Counted from the first letter of the stretch, positions 35,676 through 49,750 are shown. The stretch: DNA of 64,000 bases from Octopus bimaculoides (GCF_001194135.2 NC_068982.1:136689008-136753007); one strand, 5' to 3'. Notes: generated from the letters alone by a model not told the origin. Program-made: numbers and translations.

Positions 35676-36036
35676 CTTCTGCCTTAACAATAAAGAACGA
35701 CTGAGTGTATTTAGTCAAAATGTTAGTCGTAATGCAAATGCCGCTTTTCGAATTTTCAATGTAGTGTCCAGTTACAAAACTTTCTTTGATTTAATGATAC
35801 GGTCCAAAAAGTACTCCAAAAAGAGTATCTTTCAATATCTTTGAAGATAGAAACCTTTCATTAGCAGTGAAATTATGTGTATCTGTAAATTATTCCGGGG
35901 AGACGATATAGACAACACAAAAGAAGCCGGTAGGGAAATTGTTTATTATAAAAAATAAACCAAAAGGTAAAATTAGAAACAGTAAAATATAAGTAAGCTT
36001 TCATCTGGTGCTCACATGTCAAATAAAGAAATTATG

Positions 36037-36320
<284 letters not shown>

Positions 36321-37448
36321 GTTTGTTCATTGATTTACTTACTAAGATTACACAAATACCTCATCTAGCGACAGATCGATTTTTCACTATAAAAACTTCG
36401 TATGATTTTGGTTTTTCAGCATCTAACACATTTGCCTCAAAATATTTTTCCATGGTGCCTGTATAATAAGTTTCAATTTACTACCCTTTCTTCTATACAG
36501 CAAACAGACATCATGTAGTTTCATAACGTCAATTGTGTCACGGGAAGCAAATTATGATTGAAGACGGTTCGTATTTCTTTGAGTTATACAAAATTCTTCG
36601 CTTATAGAGTGAAAAGAAAAGCAAATACAGCTGATTAAGAGACTCTTTTCTTTCGTATTGGGGGAGTATTAGTAATACAATAAAGAATACAGGTGCAAGT
36701 AAAAGTGTTGAAACTTCATCGCAAGCTTGTTTGCTATATTTTCTCTTTAAATATTCTGCTGTATTTATATGTAGTAACATTACAAGATGTTTTTTAATGG
36801 GAGAAATAAAGCTAAATTTACTCCAGTCATGGGAAAGCAGTGAAAAGCTATTCACAGGTTTAACATTTCTTGAATGTGGGTTAAATAAGGAAATTAAATT
36901 CAAAATTTTTCAAATGCATGTTAATTAATTGAATGTAAACGAAATTTGCACAGAAAATCTTAGTAATGAATTAATAAAACTAAATATATATATTAAAATA
37001 AGTATTGAATAAAACAAAAGCGGTTTGTAATTTAATATAATGCGAAAATATTAAAGACATTTTATTTTCCTACAAAGGTTTAGCGATACTTAATTAATTA
37101 ATCATCATTAATTAAATTAATTTTACAAACGGATGAAATATCTAATAATTTATAAAAAGATTTTCAAATGTAATTTTAATAAAGAAGGAACATTTCTCAA
37201 CTTATTGAACTCAGAGATAAGTAAAATATAGAATTTAATCTATTTACTGCTATTTTACACAACAACAAACAATTAAAAATGGTGTGGGATAGTTGGAAGG
37301 TAAAATTTCGGGAAATGAATATGATGATGCGTGTCTCGAATGCAACCTCATACATTCTTTCAGAAAAGGGCATCTCTTGTGGTTGGTGTACAATCACTAA
37401 AGGGTGCACTTTAGCTTCTGGCCCACAGGCATGCGGTCTCCTCTCTCA

Positions 37449-37554
<106 letters not shown>

Positions 37555-37802
37555 TTCATAATATCCTCTGCTTCTCAGAACTATCTGGCGTCGTACCTTC
37601 AAAATGAAGCATCTCTGACCGACTAGTTCCTGTACCTCTCATTACCTCTGTTACATCCAGTCCTCCCGGCCCCCACTGATTATTTTTTCCCAGTCTTTTC
37701 TCCCCAAGCATTGACGATTATAACTCTCCTCCTTGCTCATACTTTTCCTGCAGCTGTTGGCCAGCAACAGTTTAAAGCGATCATTAGCAACATCGACCTC
37801 AC

Positions 37803-37891
37803 CAGACCCAGAGGGCCTGCAAGTGCCATGGAATACGAAACAAATTCAACAAGTACAAAAAAATACAGATATCCGTGTCCATTTTCTATGT
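37803..37891 (-). CDS. Candidate exon, unknown product
   Basis: Acceptor atttcttcacag| at 37891, donor TG|gtgagg at 37803, upstream donor CAG|gtaagt at 37984 (92-nt intron). Two frames are open: MDTDICIFLYLLNLFRIPWHLQALWV from ATG 37882, or IENGHGYLYFFVLVEFVSYSMALAGPLGL. Confidence 0.35.
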
Positions 37892-40646
37892 CTGTGAAGA
37901 AATTAAGTTGACTACCACAGGTCAGATATACATTTACATTTTATTGAGAGAGGAAATATTTATCTAAATAGTTTCCTACTTACCTGATTAAGGTGTTTGT
38001 CTCTGTCTCATTTTCATAAAGCCATCAGTTTCATTCCTGTAGAAGACAGTGCTTTACATTCTTGAGCAAAATACTCCATTTTCCGTGCTCCAGTATACTG
38101 AACTGAAAACGATTTTACTTGCCGGATGTTGGTGCATCCTTCTCTCCTATTTGTTACATACTTATGTTCTGAAGGGACAATAGTGGAAGGAACAAGGAGT
38201 CTATGTTTGTTTACAGCTACCTATGTACTTAAAACAATTATTGAAAGCATCGTACAGGTTATTCGCATGCTAGCAATGACTGGCAGTACAGTGCTGATCA
38301 TCTGCGTAGGTACAGATTTAAATAATTTCACTATGAACACAATACGCTTGCCATAACAAACGAATTTATCGTTCTTTTGTTCAGACAGTAAATATAAGCT
38401 GCGTTAAAAAGTTTGGTTATATTTCTTAGTGGATTCTCGATGCTCAAAGGGTCAACTTGCATAAACCTTTGTTCTGTATTGCAGTTCTTATTGTTGTCGT
38501 ATAGTCCGTTAGAAGTGGTCGACCAAATATGTCATTTTATTAACGAATGACTTGGTGTAATCTATACACGTACTATAACTCAGCGTAAGATTCATTGGTT
38601 TATGTTTCGGAAAGTAATTTGCAAGTGAAATTATGATTTATTTCGTGGAATTGATAAAGTGTTTGTATGCATTTGAGGTGTAATGGTGTCCACATCAAAG
38701 GCGGTAAATATAGTAGTCGCTGATCATTTTCATTTCTTTCCGTGATCGTGTATCACAGGAAGGATGTACTTCACGTGATATAGCTCAATGTATGATCGAT
38801 GAGAATTCCAATGGCTTGCAGATTTACGCTTACCAATTTCATACTACTTAGTTTGGTTCCACTATTTGTTTCTTATACTATCTGCTACAAATATGAAATA
38901 AACTGTCAGCTGGATACTGTTTTTAACACACATTGTATTTTCCTTTAGGTCTTTTGTCAATTCCGTTATTTTGTTAAGTTTACAAGTAACTCAGTTGTCA
39001 AATAATTTTTATTTCAGAATATTTCATGTTATGTAAACGTCATTATATATAGTCGGTCAGTTTGAATTAAAATCTAATTAGAGACTCGTATTGATTTTGG
39101 TATATCTAAAATCATTTGGAAATGTCAAGTTAATTGTCTTGACAACGTTGTAATAGATGCATTTAAACAAAATTATATTAGAAGTTAATATAATCTTACA
39201 AATAACGAAAATATTGTACAAGTTATAGAAGCGGTGAAATGCAAGTTTAATATAATATTCACAAAATACTAACTAAATACTTTTAATTCTTCAGGTCAAA
39301 ATGAAAGCTTTATTCTATACGAGTTAGTAATTAACGCTTAAAAAGCTGTCCTGTTTGGGTACCAATTTATGTAAACAAACGTGTTTGTATTTCTTTTGTT
39401 CTCTTTATGGTTTTACATAAACATTGTTCAGAAACATTATTGGAACTAAACATTAATGTTTCTAATGATTTACTTGTTCATGATAAATAAAATATCTACT
39501 TTTAGGATACATATTCAATATAACTTTAAAAATATTTAATTAAAACTTTCTCGTTTTAATACGTCATTATTTTATGATTACGCCTTTTTTTTATTATTGT
39601 CTTTTTTTTTGTAGAATTAATCCTAAACAAACACGGAGATGTTTACAACATACTTTTCACGTTAATTGCTTCTTCTTTTTTCCAATTCAAGTTTTAAATG
39701 AAGCTAACTATTTTATAGATTTTCCGATACAGGATATAATTAGTGTTTGTTGTCTGAAAATTACCTAAATCAAAGTTGATACTTATATTACATAGCAAAA
39801 TAAATAACAACCAACAAAATATATATCAGTCGTGTAGGTAATTTTCAAGTGTCATTGCCATTCGCCAGAAGCACAAAAAATAAATAAATAATCAACTAAA
39901 ACTTTCAAAATTTTTGTAAACTCGAAGTTCCATATAATCTAAATAATGTTAACAATAGAACTAACAAGTATAAAAGCATTTATTTTACTAATTCAAACAC
40001 TATAAGAATCCTGTGTATACATACACGATCAACTAAACTAGCGGCCAAATCTTCCTCGAATTTTCCTGTTGCCATCAAAAGTAAACGGATGCATAAAACA
40101 ACGTAGCGTAGTCCAAAACCCCTTTACAAAGACGAACTGGTAACGTCATGATTACCTTTTTAAATAGGTATATTTAATTAGCTTGGGTCCAGGGTCAAAT
40201 AGCAACAGCAATATCAAGGGTTAAATGTTACTACTATCTCTTCTCGAATTTGGTTTATTTTATACACCATATCATTTCCCATTGATCAAGGTTCGTGTTT
40301 TTAGATTTTCCACTCCATAAAGATGTACACCGGATAGTAGAGGACTGTGTGCGAGTCTAATATGGTCTTTTTCCTCATTAGCCATCACACATTATGGAAT
40401 ATTAGAAGTAGAGTCATTATGTAAAAGAAGTTGAGCTTTCACTATTACAAGCCTTAAGACCGTTGGAATTCCCATTTGTTGATTGATTAGTTCTCTTAGC
40501 AATTACTGTGCAGGATTTTAAGAGGAAATACTTGATGAAGAAGCAATGCCTACAGTCAAAAGTTTCATAATAAACTTCACAAAGAGTAAAGTTATATATT
40601 TTCTAAGTAGGAAAGAAATCAGGACTTTGCATCAAAAACATCGAGA

Positions 40647-41185
40647 GGCGTAGGAGTGGCTGTGTGGTAAGTAGCTTGCTTACGAACCACATGGTTCCGG
40701 GTTCAGTCCCACTGCGTGGCACCTTGGGTAAGTCTCTTCTGCTATAGCCTCCGGCCGACAGAAGCCTTGTGAGTGGATTTGGTAGACGGAAACTGAAAGA
40801 AGCCCGTCGTATATATATATATATATATATATNNNNNNNNNNNNNNNNNNNNNNNNNNNNNNNNNNNNNNNNNNNTGTGTGTGTGTGTGTGTGTGTCTGT
40901 TTGTCTATCTGTCTGTTTGTGTATCTGTCTGTCTGTCTTTCTGGGTGTGTGTCTGCGTGTTTGTGTGCCTGTGTGTCTGTGTCTATGGGTGTGTGTGTTT
41001 TCGTCCCACTATCACTTGACAACCGGTGTTAAATAATGTTCTTGTAACTTAACTGATCGGCTAAAGTAATCGATAGAATAAGTTCCAGAATCAAAAGTTA
41101 AGTGCGTGCCATGGTCGATATTTTCGACTAAACCGTCTAAGGTGGTGTCCCAGTATGGCTGCAGTTCAATAAGTGGAACAAATAT
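40647..41185 (+). mobile_element. SINE family A, full length (internal microsatellite gap)
   Basis: GGCGTAGGAGTGGCTGTGTGGTAAGTAGCTTGCTTACG.. to tail CCAGTATGGCTGCAG. Confidence 0.9.
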
Positions 41186-41339
41186 ATTTTTAAAAAAAGA
41201 TAAAAAAGTACTGTACCAAATATGATTCAGATGAAGCTTAGTGAAATAAATTACAGACTGATTTCTGGTGTATTTTCCTATTGTATTCTTTAAGCCTATA
41301 GATGAGCATGCATCGCCCCATGAAGAAATTTCTGTAAGT

Positions 41340-41712
41340 ACTCAGAAATATTGCAAGCTCTTCCTCTGCATCCAGCACAAAACTGGAAACCCTTTCGTAT
41401 CACCTGCGGGTATCTCAGGGTCACAAGTGTTTCGTCTCCCTGTCTGTACCTTAGCCTAAGTTGGGCAGCAGGCACTGAACTCATTTACATTTGTGAAAGA
41501 GTTCCACCTGCAACGAAATCTACTTGAGTTGGTTTCAACTGCCATGTCTATCTCCTTGTGGGCCATCTTCTGCCGTCTGGTTTCCAGACCAAGTTTGTAC
41601 AGGAAATAGTACACCAACAGAGTTGAAAAGTCGTGGCAGCCGACTTCAATACAGAATGAGACTGCATATCATCCCTTGACAAGAACCTCGTCGACAAACG
41701 CCTCAATTATAA
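41340..41712 (-). mobile_element. Hero-like LINE 3' fragment
   Basis: FCIEVGCHDFSTLL..LYKLGLETRRQKMAHKEIDMAVE resembles PVEVGCRGF..LG..K.AE; followed by putative 3' UTR. Confidence 0.65.
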
Positions 41713-41759
41713 GCTGTTAAAACTCCTTAAAGTAGTATTATAAATTTACATTCCAATGT

Positions 41760-41975
41760 GTGACCGCGTGTGCATCGTTGGCGGTTTTCTTTCTCTGTCT
41801 TCTCTTCTTTCGACTTTTCCTATATTTCTGATGAAGAGCTATGCTCGAAACGTGATATGCTCTTTCTTTACTTTCCTTTCCTGAGCGTCCAATAACACTG
41901 TACTTATTCCACGTCCTCGCGTCGTTGATTTTTCGTGTTTTTTCTCGCTTGCTCATGTTTGAATTGACTATATAT
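41760..41975 (+). mobile_element. Penelope-like short repeat with degenerate hammerhead core (41828-41854)
   Basis: CTGATGA-A-GAGC-TAT-GCTC-GAAAC-GTG; the GUG triplet is non-cleavable. Confidence 0.55.
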
Positions 41976-42171
41976 TGATTATATTTACATCTGGATGAAT
42001 TTAACCAGTATTAGCATCTAAGAGAAATAATATTATTGTGTATTTCTCTGTCACAACATATGAATAAGAAAGGAAGGGAGTGATATCAAACTGGAAGTGG
42101 GATGGTGAACGTTCAACATTGAAAAGAAAAATGAAACAGCGTTTAAAATCTGTGTGAGTATAGGTATGTGT

Positions 42172-42566
42172 GGAGGCGCAATGGCCCAGTGGTTAGGGCA
42201 GCGGACTCGCGGTCATAGGATCGCGGTTTCGATTCTCAGACTGGGCATTGTGAATGTTTATTGAGCGAAAACACCTAGAGCTCCACGAAGCTCCGGCAGG
42301 AGATGGTGGCGAACCCTGCTGTACTCTTTCACCACAACTTTCTCTCACTCTTAATTCTTGTTTCTGTTGTGCCTGTAATTCGAAGGGTCAGCCTTGTCAC
42401 ATTGTGTCACGCGGAATCTCCCCGAGAACTACGTTAAGGGTACACGTGTCTGTGCAGTGCTCAGCCACTTGCACGTTAAATTTCACGAGCAGGCTGTTCC
42501 GTTGATCGGATCAACTGGGAACCCTTGACGTCGTAAGCGACGGAGTGCCAACAACAACAACAACAA
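42172..42566 (+). mobile_element. SINE family B, full length
   Basis: GGAGGCGCAATGGCCCAGTGGTTAGGGCAGCGGACTCGCGG..TTTCGATTC head, GTGCCAACAACAAC tail; TSD-like ataggt(a/g)tgt. Confidence 0.95.
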
Positions 42567-43199
42567 TAGGTGTGTATGTGTGTGCGTGTACAAGAGAAGT
42601 ATGTGATTGTTTGTATATGTGATTATTATGTACCTTATTTTGTATCGCATTTATATATAAAATACTACAATTAGCCGTCATTTTTGACGACACGGTGTCA
42701 GCTAGTTGTTGAATATAAGGCTCAACCTCTGACAGGATGTTTTCTCTATTGGGAGATTAATAACTTGCTATACGCAAATTTAATTATTGTACTGTAGTTG
42801 TATATAAAGCTGAAAAGTCGTACTAAATACTGGCCAGTTTTCTGAATTTTCAGAGGTGATATTATCCGCTAAATAATTAACAAACGTTCCTTTACACTTG
42901 AGGAAAACAAATTAGACAAGTTTGAAATTGTTTTACTTCTCACCAATATTTTAAACTTTTTTTATGCAATCAGTTGTAATGTCAAAATTATGAAATTATT
43001 GTCGAGTATGAATGCTTAGCTTGATGTCTCTTTACAAGCAAAAAGAACAACCTTACTCAAATGTTTAACTCCAATTAAAAATGAAGTGAGGCGGTTGTTC
43101 GTGCACTGACAGCCGTCACTTGTCATTGCATTCTAATAAGGAGAGAAATTAAATTCATTTTCTATGAATTCATGAACCAATTACATTGAAAGCCTTTAC

Positions 43200-43751
43200 A
43201 ATAAACAACATCATCATGGTTACCAGCATCATCATCATTGCCACTTATCTTTATAATCATACATTTTATCAAATTCGTAATTATCAAAACCACCTTGCCA
43301 TCATGGTGGCAATGACAACTCTGCTTTCATTATCAAAATTCTGCCAGCTACATTATTGTCATAATGTCCTTGTCATAAATAGTTTGTTTGTATTTTGTCG
43401 TCATCATTCATCCTCACCACTATTTGTCATTAGAGCTATGACCGTTATCATTGATATTGTTTGTCTCATCATCTACTTGTTTCTCTCCTGCGTCATCCTG
43501 CCCTACACTTTCTTACCATCATCTTCATCATTCGTGTCATCGTTCTACACTTAATTATATTCGTTTCCTGTTATTTTTCATTCTCATCATCATCATCATT
43601 TTCATCATCATCATCAACCTCATCCTCACTTCATTACCATATTAACTTCTTACGATTTTTCATTCTCGTCCTCCCCCTCCTCTTCATCATCATCATCCTC
43701 ATAATCACCATCATCATCATCATCATCATCACCACCACCACCACCCTAACC

Positions 43752-43798
<47 letters not shown>

Positions 43799-43939
43799 TA
43801 TCGTCATTGCCATCATCGTCAATATTGTTATCACCATATTCGCTTCCTGTTGCTTCAATCTCCTCCTCCCCTCCCTCCCCATTATCATCATCATCATTGT
43901 CGTCGTCGTCGTCGTCATCGGCATTATCGTCATTATCAT

Positions 43940-43996
<57 letters not shown>

Positions 43997-45153
43997 CACC
44001 ATCAGCACCATATTGCGTCCAAGTTTTGCCTGAAGGTCAGTAATTCCAAGGAAGGGATAGATCGATTAGATCGACCCCAGTACGAAACTGGTACTTATTT
44101 TATCGACCCCGAAAGGATGAAAGGCAAAAATCATCCTTAAGTGGAATATGAATGCAGAATGTAAAGACGGACGAAATGTCCCTAAGCATTTCGACCGGCG
44201 TGCTAACGATTCTGCCTGTTCCATATTAGCTTCCTGGTTAATCATCATTATCAGCACTGCTAACATCGTCATCGTTTACAACGATTATTGTTTTGTATCG
44301 TCAGCAACATCGGCATCAACAACATCGATATCAGTAACAACAATAATTCGAAGATGTTGTCGATGACTGATGAAAGGAAAATTTTAAACGTATTAGCGAG
44401 AACAGACGGAAAGGAATGGAAACAAAAGAAAAAACTGAAAAATCTATCAGCAACGAGATTATCGTAGCAATAATCAAAATTACCATCATGGCTTTCATCG
44501 TTAAACTTTTTTCTGGCTCTTCGACCTCGTCGTCGTCGTCACCCTAGTAAACATCACCATCATCATTATCATCATCATCATCATCATCATCATTACCAGT
44601 ACCATCCTCATTTTGTGCTTCATTATCGTCGTCGTCGTGATCTTCATCATCATCATAATCATCATCACGATCATCATCACCATCATCATCATCATCATCA
44701 CCAGCATCACCATCATCATCATTACCATCATCATCACCATCAGTATCATCATCATCACCACTATCATCATTATCATCNNNNNNNNNNNNNNNNNNNNNNN
44801 NNNNNNNNNNNNNNNNNNNNNNNNNNNNNNNNNNNNNNNNNNNNNNNNNNNNNNNNNNNNNNNNNNNNNNNNNNNNNNNNNNNNNNNNNNNNNNNNNNNN
44901 NNNNNNNNNNNNNNNNNNNNNNNNNNNNNNNNNNNNNNNNNNNNNNNNNNNNNNNNNNATCCTTATCACCACTACCATCATCATCATCATAATCATTATT
45001 GTCATAATGTCTGTCTATCAGCTTCAGCAATACCTTCATAGTTCGCCATCATCGTCATCATCATCATTATCGAAGTCATCACCATTGCCCATCGTAATTC
45101 TTCACATCATCATCACCACCACCATCATCGTCATCATCATCGTCGTCGTCATG

Positions 45154-45202
<49 letters not shown>

Positions 45203-45380
45203 ACCTTATCACCACTACCATCATCATCATCATAATCATTATTGTCATAATGTCTATCATCTTCAGCAACACCTTCACAGTTCGTCATCGTCGTCATCAT
45301 CATCATCATCGAAGTCATCACCAATGCCCATCGTAATTCTTCACATCATCTTCATCAGCAGCAGCATTAACAGCAACAAC
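43200..45380. repeat. About 2.2-kb degenerate (CAT)n-rich field
   Basis: Direct reading; produces spurious poly-I/H/S/M/D ORFs; contains a family C SINE and an N-gap. Confidence 0.9.
44050..44222 (-). mobile_element. SINE family C
   Basis: Reverse complement of GGCAGAATCGTTAGCACGCCGGTCGAAATGCTTAG..TTTGCCTTTCATCCTTTCGGGGTCGATAAAATAAGTACCAG. Confidence 0.85.
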
Positions 45381-45764
45381 GAACAACATCTGCAATCATT
45401 GGCATTACTTTTTCACATATTCTTTTCTCTTTAATATAATTACGTTCAAACTGTTTTTCTTTCCAAACTTAATTCATTGTTGCTCCGACTCACTTTAGTT
45501 AGCTGTCACAATTCATTCCCACATTAATCTTCCGTTTGGCTCTGCTTGTTTGATCTGTCACTGTTTTTTATCTCTCATTCGAGTATGAAAACTAAAATAC
45601 TGACAATCTTCTTTACAGCAGCTTGAAAGCAGAATAAATTCTCTCGAAAGTTTGAATCGTTCTTTTTGTTTGTTTGTTTGTTTGTTTTTTGGGTGGGGGT
45701 GCATTTACAATTCCCGCTTAATACTGCTAACTATACCATAATAATTTAAGCGTAAATATATTAT

Positions 45765-46003
45765 ACTAGTAACATTACCCGATTTTATTCGGGTCTGCTC
45801 GGGCCACATTTTAAAGATGAGGAATTTTGCCCTGGAAGTCACACCTTTCAATTGAGCATACTCAATGTTTCTATGCAAACTCCCCACCGCTTTTAACATA
45901 GGTGTGCAAATTTTCAGGTCAATCCGCCCACATTTATTAACACTTTTGCCTACACAACTGCTTGTGAGAAACCGTCCAGCCTTTTCACAAATATGTAGTA
46001 GAC
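45765..46003 (+). mobile_element. Helitron-type MITE candidate
   Basis: Begins ACTAGTAACATTACCCG with a nearby CGGGT inverted motif and ends GTAGTAGAC; resembles recalled Lep1/HINE-type termini. Confidence 0.45.
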
Positions 46004-46099
46004 ATAATTTCAAAAGCTATAGATTTCTTGTTTTGCAACTTAATGATAGTATTTCGACTGCTCAAGGCAGTGAGGTATCAGTATCGATAGCACAAGGGG

Positions 46100-46280
46100 C
46101 TAAAAGACTCGCGGCATTTTGTCCGTCTTTACGTACTGAGTTCAAATCCACCAGGATCGACTTTGTCTTTCATCCTTTGGGGTTTGATAAGATAAGAACC
46201 AGTTGAGCATTGGGGTTAATGTAATCGGCTTACCCGCGCCCTCGAAATTACTGGCCTTAGGCCAAAACTTGAAACCAATA
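46100..46280 (+). mobile_element. SINE family C, 5'-truncated
   Basis: CTGAGTTCAAATCCACC..GATCGACTTTGTCTTTCATCCTTTGGGG. Confidence 0.75.
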
Positions 46281-46306
46281 TTTCGACTACTAATTCTTAG
46301 CTATGA

Positions 46307-46625
46307 AGGCGCAATGGCCCAGTGGTTAGGGCAGCGGACTCGCGATCGGAGGATCGCGGCTTCGATTCCCAGAACGGGCGTTGTGTGTGTTTATTGAGCC
46401 NNNNNNNNNNNNNNNNNNNNNNNNNNNNNNNNNNNNNNNNNNNNNNNNNNNNNNNNNNNNNNNNNNNNNNNNNNNNNNNNNNNNNNNNNNNNNNNNNNNN
46501 NNNNNNNNNNNNNNNNNNNNNNNNNNNNNNNNNNNNNNNNNNNNNNNNNNNNNNNNNNNNNNNGGACATATACGCCATAGAAACCGGGAAACCGAGCCCA
46601 TGAGCCTGGCTAGGCTTGAAAGAGG
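46307..46625 (+). mobile_element. SINE with family B head; sequence after the gap resembles a family D tail
   Basis: GGCGCAATGGCCCAGTGGTTAGGGCAGCGGACTCGCG.. then gap 46401-46563, then GAAACCGGGAAACCGAGCCCATGAG. Confidence 0.7.
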
Positions 46626-47855
46626 CGCAAAAATAAATTAATTAATAAATTCTTAGAGCTTGTGTAAACATCAGCTGAAAACTGGAAGTTAAGGCTGAGA
46701 GCTGGAGTAAATTACAGACAAAAGATGAATGGGCGTTTTATAATTGATCTACGATGCTGAATATCGTGGTCGGTGCTGTCACTCATAAATGCTTTATTTT
46801 TCAGTTCACTGAGATTAACAGCTTATGCACAACTCATAAATTATGTTGTACAGTAAATTTACTCTAACACTTTATGCAGAAAAGATAAGGCAAGCAAACA
46901 ATCATTAAAGAATAGAATGTTTCGTAAAATACAGTTGAGCTAAGTTTCTAAGAGGTCAATCACCGTCATGTATCGTACGCTTTACAATGCGTTGATGATA
47001 CTAGAACGAAAGACTTTTCGGTTAAGCGTGAGTTTTCTCGTCAGATGGAGCCACTGTGTTACTTCGTTCTGGCTTTCTCATAGTGTTTACTACGGGTTGG
47101 TTTACCATTGCCTTCACCAACTGGGTGACTGTTGGCCCACAAGGAGCTCACCCGTACTTTGACATGTCTTGCTTTTAGTCCTGCTGGGTGTCGATACATT
47201 CCTCTCACAAGAATAGCAAGCTACTCAAGTGGGGCAGCCGGTTTAGTCGCCAACCACTCGACAATGGAACAGGTAGGACTGATGTACATGGTACCAGCAG
47301 CAGGTATCATTAACCTGCGATGAGATTCCTGGCCTGATACCTATAAGGTCAACGTGCAGGACAATTAATTTTAGTGCAATTTTTAAAGTCTTTTCTTGGT
47401 TGTTCTGAAGGGCTTTTGTTTAAGTTAACAAATTCTGATTGCCTCGAATTGCTTCACAGATAAATGACTTCATAGTATGTATGAAATAGAAATTAATAAA
47501 TTTGTAAAAACCAGAACAAATTTTGAGCAATCTAATGAGCATTTATGTCGAGTGAACTTTATCTTGGAATGGTTAATTACTTTATCCCTTCTACATTTCT
47601 GTCAAATGAAATACTTATTCGGTCACATTGTTTTGAATTAATCATGCACTATCTTGCAGCTTCGAGATTTTTCTAATGCGATTTTTTATTGTTAGACTAA
47701 CATTATATGGTAGGTGTGAGAAGCCAGATCTGGCTAGCTTTAGCATAAGACAAGAAAACTCTCTGGGCCAGTTATGGCCATTTTGAATGGCAGATGGTTA
47801 ATGAAATCGTCCTAACTGTAATAGTAAAACAAGGACAAGAAGTACTTACTACGAT

Positions 47856-48269
47856 TCTTTTATTCTTTTACTTGTTTCAGTCAAATGACTGTGGCCATGC
47901 TGGAGTACCGCCTTTTAGTCGAGCAAATCGACCCCAGGACTTATTCTTTGTAAGCCTAGTACTTATTCTATCGGTCTCTTTTGCCGAACCGCTGGGTTAA
48001 GGGGACGTAAACGCACCAGCATCGGTTGTCAAGCGATGATGGGGGGACAAACACAGACACACAGACATATACACACACACATACACACATATATATATAC
48101 ATATATACGACGGGCTTTTTCAGTTTCCGTCTACCAAATCCACTCACAAGGCTTTGCTCGGCCCGAGGCTATAGTAGAAGACACTTGCCCAAGCTGCCAC
48201 GCAGTAGGACTGAACCCGGAACCGTGTGGTTCGTAAGCAAGCTACTTACCACACAGCCACTCCAACGCC
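47856..48269 (-). mobile_element. SINE family A, full length, well preserved
   Basis: Reverse complement of GGCGTTGGAGTGGCTGTGTGGTAAGTAGCTTGCTTACG to GTAAAAGAATAAAAGAA. Confidence 0.95.
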
Positions 48270-49135
48270 TTAATGTTTTTATAAGGAAAATCTTGCATCG
48301 AGTCCAATTTCCAAACGGATTTCATTTGATTTCTATGAAAGAGACAGGCATTAAAATACTCTAATTTCTCGTATAAATTTGAAAACTTCCGTAACATTAC
48401 TGGTCAAAAGGATTCAAAATTTCCCTTGTTTCTTAAGGATATATTTAGAAGAAGCAACGAGCTATTAGTGAATGTTTCTAGAATTCATTTCAATTTATGC
48501 GAGAGGCCACTTTACGTAACCTATGCTACACTAATTTAATAAGCAGATCAATCCATTTCCTACTTCTTCTCCCCTATAGATATGAAATTTTGTGGTTAGA
48601 GAAAAAAATCAATATAAACATATTCCACTTGGTTTTATGTAATTCCTATGTAATCGAATTACTTACAGTTTATTAAATTATAAATTGTAGTTTACTTTAT
48701 ATTCTTAGTGTGCAGCTATGAAAAATCCATTAGTCATAAGTGTGCGGTGACCTTTAAGAAAATATAGTTTATGATTCATAAATTTAAGCAACCAGTACTA
48801 CGTAATGTTATGGATACAAAGAAAACTTCTGATAAATATCACCTCAATACTCTTCTCTATTTAAACAAACTTTTTGAGAGCAATTTCCTAACATAGTGTA
48901 CACAGCAATCCTACTTGAATACAATGTTAAATATAAAATAATTAATGAAATATAACATTAATTATAAACATTTTGAAATGTGACACAATGTCTAAAGGGT
49001 TATTGTAATGTCTGAACATTCTATAAGGTCAAAATTTCAAAGTTTATTACAAAACTACGGACGAAAGTGATTCACCGTTATTACAATATATTGTGTTGAG
49101 TCAAAAGTTTTGCAATATTCTGGTAACTTCTTTGC

Positions 49136-49480
49136 TTTATTCATCAAGTTACAACAAAAGCAGGCTAGCATTCAAAGTCGATGCTATCGTGTTGCGGCGC
49201 CTGAAGTCACTTTTTCTGCCAGTTCTTCGATTCCATGCTGCTACCAGTTCTTGTCTTTCAAGGTGAAGAATTCCTTCAATGAAGCTTCCACTCCTTCTTT
49301 GTTGATGAAACGTCGAGAGCACAGGAAGTGAGTCATCGATCGTAACAAGCAATAACTCTGTGAGGAATGGTGTTGATGAGGAAGGCACGGGTGAGGCCAC
49401 AGGGCCACGAATAAAAGGTGCATACAGGTGAGGCGAGAGAAGTGGAGCTAACGACGCTTCGGGCCAACGCATGAAACCTT
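49136..49480 (-). mobile_element. Mariner transposase C-terminal relic
   Basis: LWPHP..SYCLLRSMTHFLCSRRFINKEGVEASLKEFFTLKDKNW*QHGIEELAEK resembles mariner LPHPPYSPDLAPSDYHLFRSM..F..KD.. GI..L.E(R/K)W. Confidence 0.75.
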
Positions 49481-49523
49481 CCGACATATATGCATACATC
49501 GTTATGTATACATGCATACATAA

Positions 49524-49546
49524 AATACATATAGATAGATAGATAT

Positions 49547-49593
<47 letters not shown>

Positions 49594-49703
49594 CGTGCGT
49601 ACGTACATACATACATACATTCATGCATACATACATACATACATGCATACATGTATGCATGCATACATACATACACACAAACATACATACATACATACAT
49701 ACA

Positions 49704-49736
<33 letters not shown>

Positions 49737-49750
49737 CCATACATACATAC
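49524..49750. repeat. (GATA)n and (TACA)n microsatellites
   Basis: Direct reading. Confidence 0.95.

Noticed and set aside
36538-36903. 121-aa minus-strand ORF and nearby acceptor-like sites
   Set aside because: No consistent acceptor-donor pair keeps a frame open; AT-rich composition; no recognisable motif.
41296-41484. 62-aa protein-like ORF
   Set aside because: Lies downstream of the Hero-like endonuclease frame and is better explained as LINE 3' UTR.
42172-42250. tRNA-like heads of SINE families A-D as tRNA genes
   Set aside because: They continue into SINE bodies and lack a pairable acceptor stem.
43186-45336. Many Ile/His/Met/Asp-rich ORFs
   Set aside because: Products of the (CAT)n field; no non-repetitive coding signal.
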